Source of the DNA: Sphagnum compactum
Taxonomy: Eukaryota
Reading direction: 5' to 3'
Assembly: GCA_965153455.1 (NCBI GenBank)
Contig: OZ234493.1
Location: 31,548,213-31,612,212, forward strand
Length of the DNA stretch: 64,000 nucleotides
A model generated the notes under the pieces. That model saw nothing but the letters and a program-made list of their open reading frames with translations. It was not told the origin of the DNA and searched no databases. Position numbers and translations under genes: made by a program. Shown piece by piece: positions 61,291-64,000 of the stretch (within the stretch, counting starts at the first letter, position 1; each line of letters opens with the position of its first letter).

Positions 61291-63351
61291 TCAACAAGTA
61301 TCCTCACTAAAATTGTTGTTTTCATTGAGGGCAAACACATTTTCATAGTTGTCACAAAACTTTGACAGCACCCCATTTTGTCTCCAAGCTTTTAAACAAA
61401 TGCTTTCCACCACAAGTAAGGTGATTTTTGTTGTAATGTGTTGTAATTCGTTCCCCAAAATGTTTGATTCTTCTAGCCATTGCTTATGACAAGATCCTAT
61501 GACATGCAAAGAACTGACCTATGTAATTGCTTTTCATCCTCTACCACATTTTTTATTTTTTTTATCTTTTTTTTTTGGTTGCTATTGTTGTTATAATGGG
61601 TTCTTGTGTTGCCATAGCTACAACCAACAAAACCTCACATGAAACTCACAAGAGATAGTTAGAAACATGGTCAACATCAATTACCTACTTTTATCTAAAG
61701 TTCTCCAAAGCCTAGAATGCTTCACCGAATTATGGAACTTAACACTAAATTTCTCAATACCTTCAACTTATGTGTAGATCATGATGCCCATTAAGGTGTG
61801 CTCATGATCCCATATTTTCTAACAACACTACATATTGGAGATGCTTTTATATATGTTATTAGTTTGTTTTTGCTAAGTTATTTTTTCAACTAAGAGCCTA
61901 AGAGTTAGGAAACACTTAGTTTGCCAACTAAGCATCATTATAAAAGCCCTTTAGTTTATTGAGTTTATTAACCCAAAAATATATATTCAATGAATGTCTC
62001 GTCTTTGAGGGTCTCAAAAGAGTTTTTTTTTTTTCAATTGGGAAAGTGAGATATAAATTTCCTTGGACACCCAAAATTGTTTGTTCCCAACATTATTGGT
62101 TGTTAGGGTTGCCAAAAGCTCGGATACAAAAATGAGGCAAACCAAAATGCCATGAAATCATAATAATCGGATGCAAAGTAGGCCAATACTTTGGAAAAAA
62201 GCTTGGATGGTATGGTTGTTGTGGAATAGGGGTATTTTTTTTCTCTTATTACTATGCCCACCAATCATGTGTATGTATACATTTTGTTTCTACTATGTTC
62301 ATCCTCCAAATCAAATTTGAACACATGATTATTTTCACGGTGAGACATCATCAAACCTACCATCCCAATGAAGGTGTGCAACCGTTAATCCTATATATAT
62401 ATGGAGCCACTCCTTATGTTTTTTTTGCCTAGCAATTGTTTTTATGGAGGGAATCATCTCTTACATACAAGGAGTGTGAAAAACACAAGTATGCAAAACA
62501 AAGGTAGATGGGAAGTGTGCATGGGGGCCAAGGTGCAAGTGACAACAAACAAACAACAATTCATTATTGTATGTGGCAATAGTGCACTCTTGGGCAAGAA
62601 ACCAAAAAACAACACACACACACACAACCCCACAACCCCCTCCCCTACCCCGCTAAAAAAAAAGTTAAAAAAAAAAACTTGATGGGTCATGCTTAGCCCT
62701 CTCATTGGTTGCATGAAAATCCTACTCTTAAAAGAATTTGTCACCATTTTTCACCTAGGTTAATAGGTACCCCAATTCATGATTGGGCTACCCTAAACCG
62801 TAAACCCTAAACCCTTATTCAAAAACCCCACCAAGAAACTTGTGATGAAGATGTGAAGTGGGAAAGTCATGAAGAAAATGTTTTCAATATGACAATGGGA
62901 ACTTCACGATCTCCCTAAAAGTCACATGACTCTTGAGGAATTTCAAACATCCACAAGATCCAAAAACTATTTAATTGAAAGAGGGAATAATTATGTTCAA
63001 ATACAAATAATCACAAAGTTGTTGCAATTTTTTTTGAAAGGGTTTAGTTATAAAATTATGGGTTAAATATCATATAAAATTTTTATCGTAATTATATAAC
63101 CCTTAAAGATTAATCATTAGAGATTCACCGACAATTTATAATAGTATATGCATATTATAAAACTATTATTACGCATTAAAAGTTATATTATTTGCATTAT
63201 TTATTATACTTAATGTTGTCAAAATCCCTTTTTTGGGGATGTCCTTGGGACCTTGAGGAGGTCCCTAATAAGATGTACCTGGTAACTTTTAGGTTCAAGA
63301 AGGGAGATATTGTGTTTGGGGGACATCCCTCTAGGGTCAAGGCATGCCTAA

Positions 63352-63832
63352 GATGACGAGGAATAGCGAGCAATGGCAGACACATGTTGAGATTGATGGA
63401 ACCATGTCAAGGAATGACGGATTGATGACGGGGAATGGCGAGCAATGGCGGACACATGTGGAGAATGATGGAACCATGATGTTGAAGAATGATGGATGGA
63501 TGGATGACGGGGAATGGTGAGCAATGGTGGACACATGTTGAGAATGATGGAACCATGTCAAGGAGTGATGGATCGATGACGAAGAATGGCAAGCAATGGC
63601 GGACACATGTTGAGAATGATGGAACCATGTCAAGGAATGATGGATCGGATTACGGGGAATGGTGAGCAATGGCATACACATTGTTGAGAATGATGGAACC
63701 ATGTTGAGGAATGATGGATCGATGACGGAGAATGGCGAGCAATGGTAGACACATGTTGAGAATGATGGAACCATGTCAAGGAATGATGGATCCATGCCAA
63801 GGAGATGGTGGAAATATGTCGAGCAATGGCAA
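63352..63832. repeat. Minisatellite, 6 units of 72-79 bp plus a degenerate 7th
   Basis: Unit GATGACGGGGAATGGCGAGCAATGGCGGACACATGTTGAGAATGATGGAACCATGTCAAGGAATGATGGATC starts at 63352, 63424, 63503, 63575, 63648, 63721. Confidence 0.95.
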
Positions 63833-64000
63833 GAATGCAAAGCAAAGTTGGGGGATGATGGGAGTTCAGAAGGGACGTCAAGGGACGGTGGGGGAATATA
63901 TCTTGTTTTTCCCCAACATGGGCCTCTTGTTCCTCGACATGTGTCTTCACAAACAATGGGTTGAATGGTGAACATGGTTCGCCTATGTATGTTGGCAAGG

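Overview
Eukaryotic land-plant nuclear DNA. Intron style, telo-box density and decayed AT-rich repeats suggest a bryophyte such as Sphagnum; this is an inference. Four intron-containing genes reconstruct with consistent GT-AG sites and phases: VPS54 (minus, runs off the left edge), RPA32/RPA2 (minus), an LRR-VII-type receptor-like kinase with an atypical catalytic loop (plus), and a convergent USP-domain RLCK-VI kinase (minus). Intergenic blocks hold transposon relics (Helitron-like PIF1 helicase plus Ulp1-type protease, two hAT relics, PIF/Harbinger, a mini-CACTA, MITE-like insertions, possible LTR pieces) and many tandem arrays. I see no CRISPR array or other prokaryotic system, and nothing that is provably a new biological system. 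The best candidates for follow-up are four: (i) a structured VPS54 leader with four stop/start-overlapped uORFs inside a box C/D-like fold; (ii) a 4-fold amplified AACGG(MSA)-rich module in the RPA32 promoter, split by an insertion with a 10-bp target-site duplication; (iii) a hidden, apparently spliced but stop-interrupted minus-strand unit between the two convergent kinases; (iv) a Helitron-like relic carrying a C48 protease. All family assignments come from motif recognition from memory; no database searches were run.
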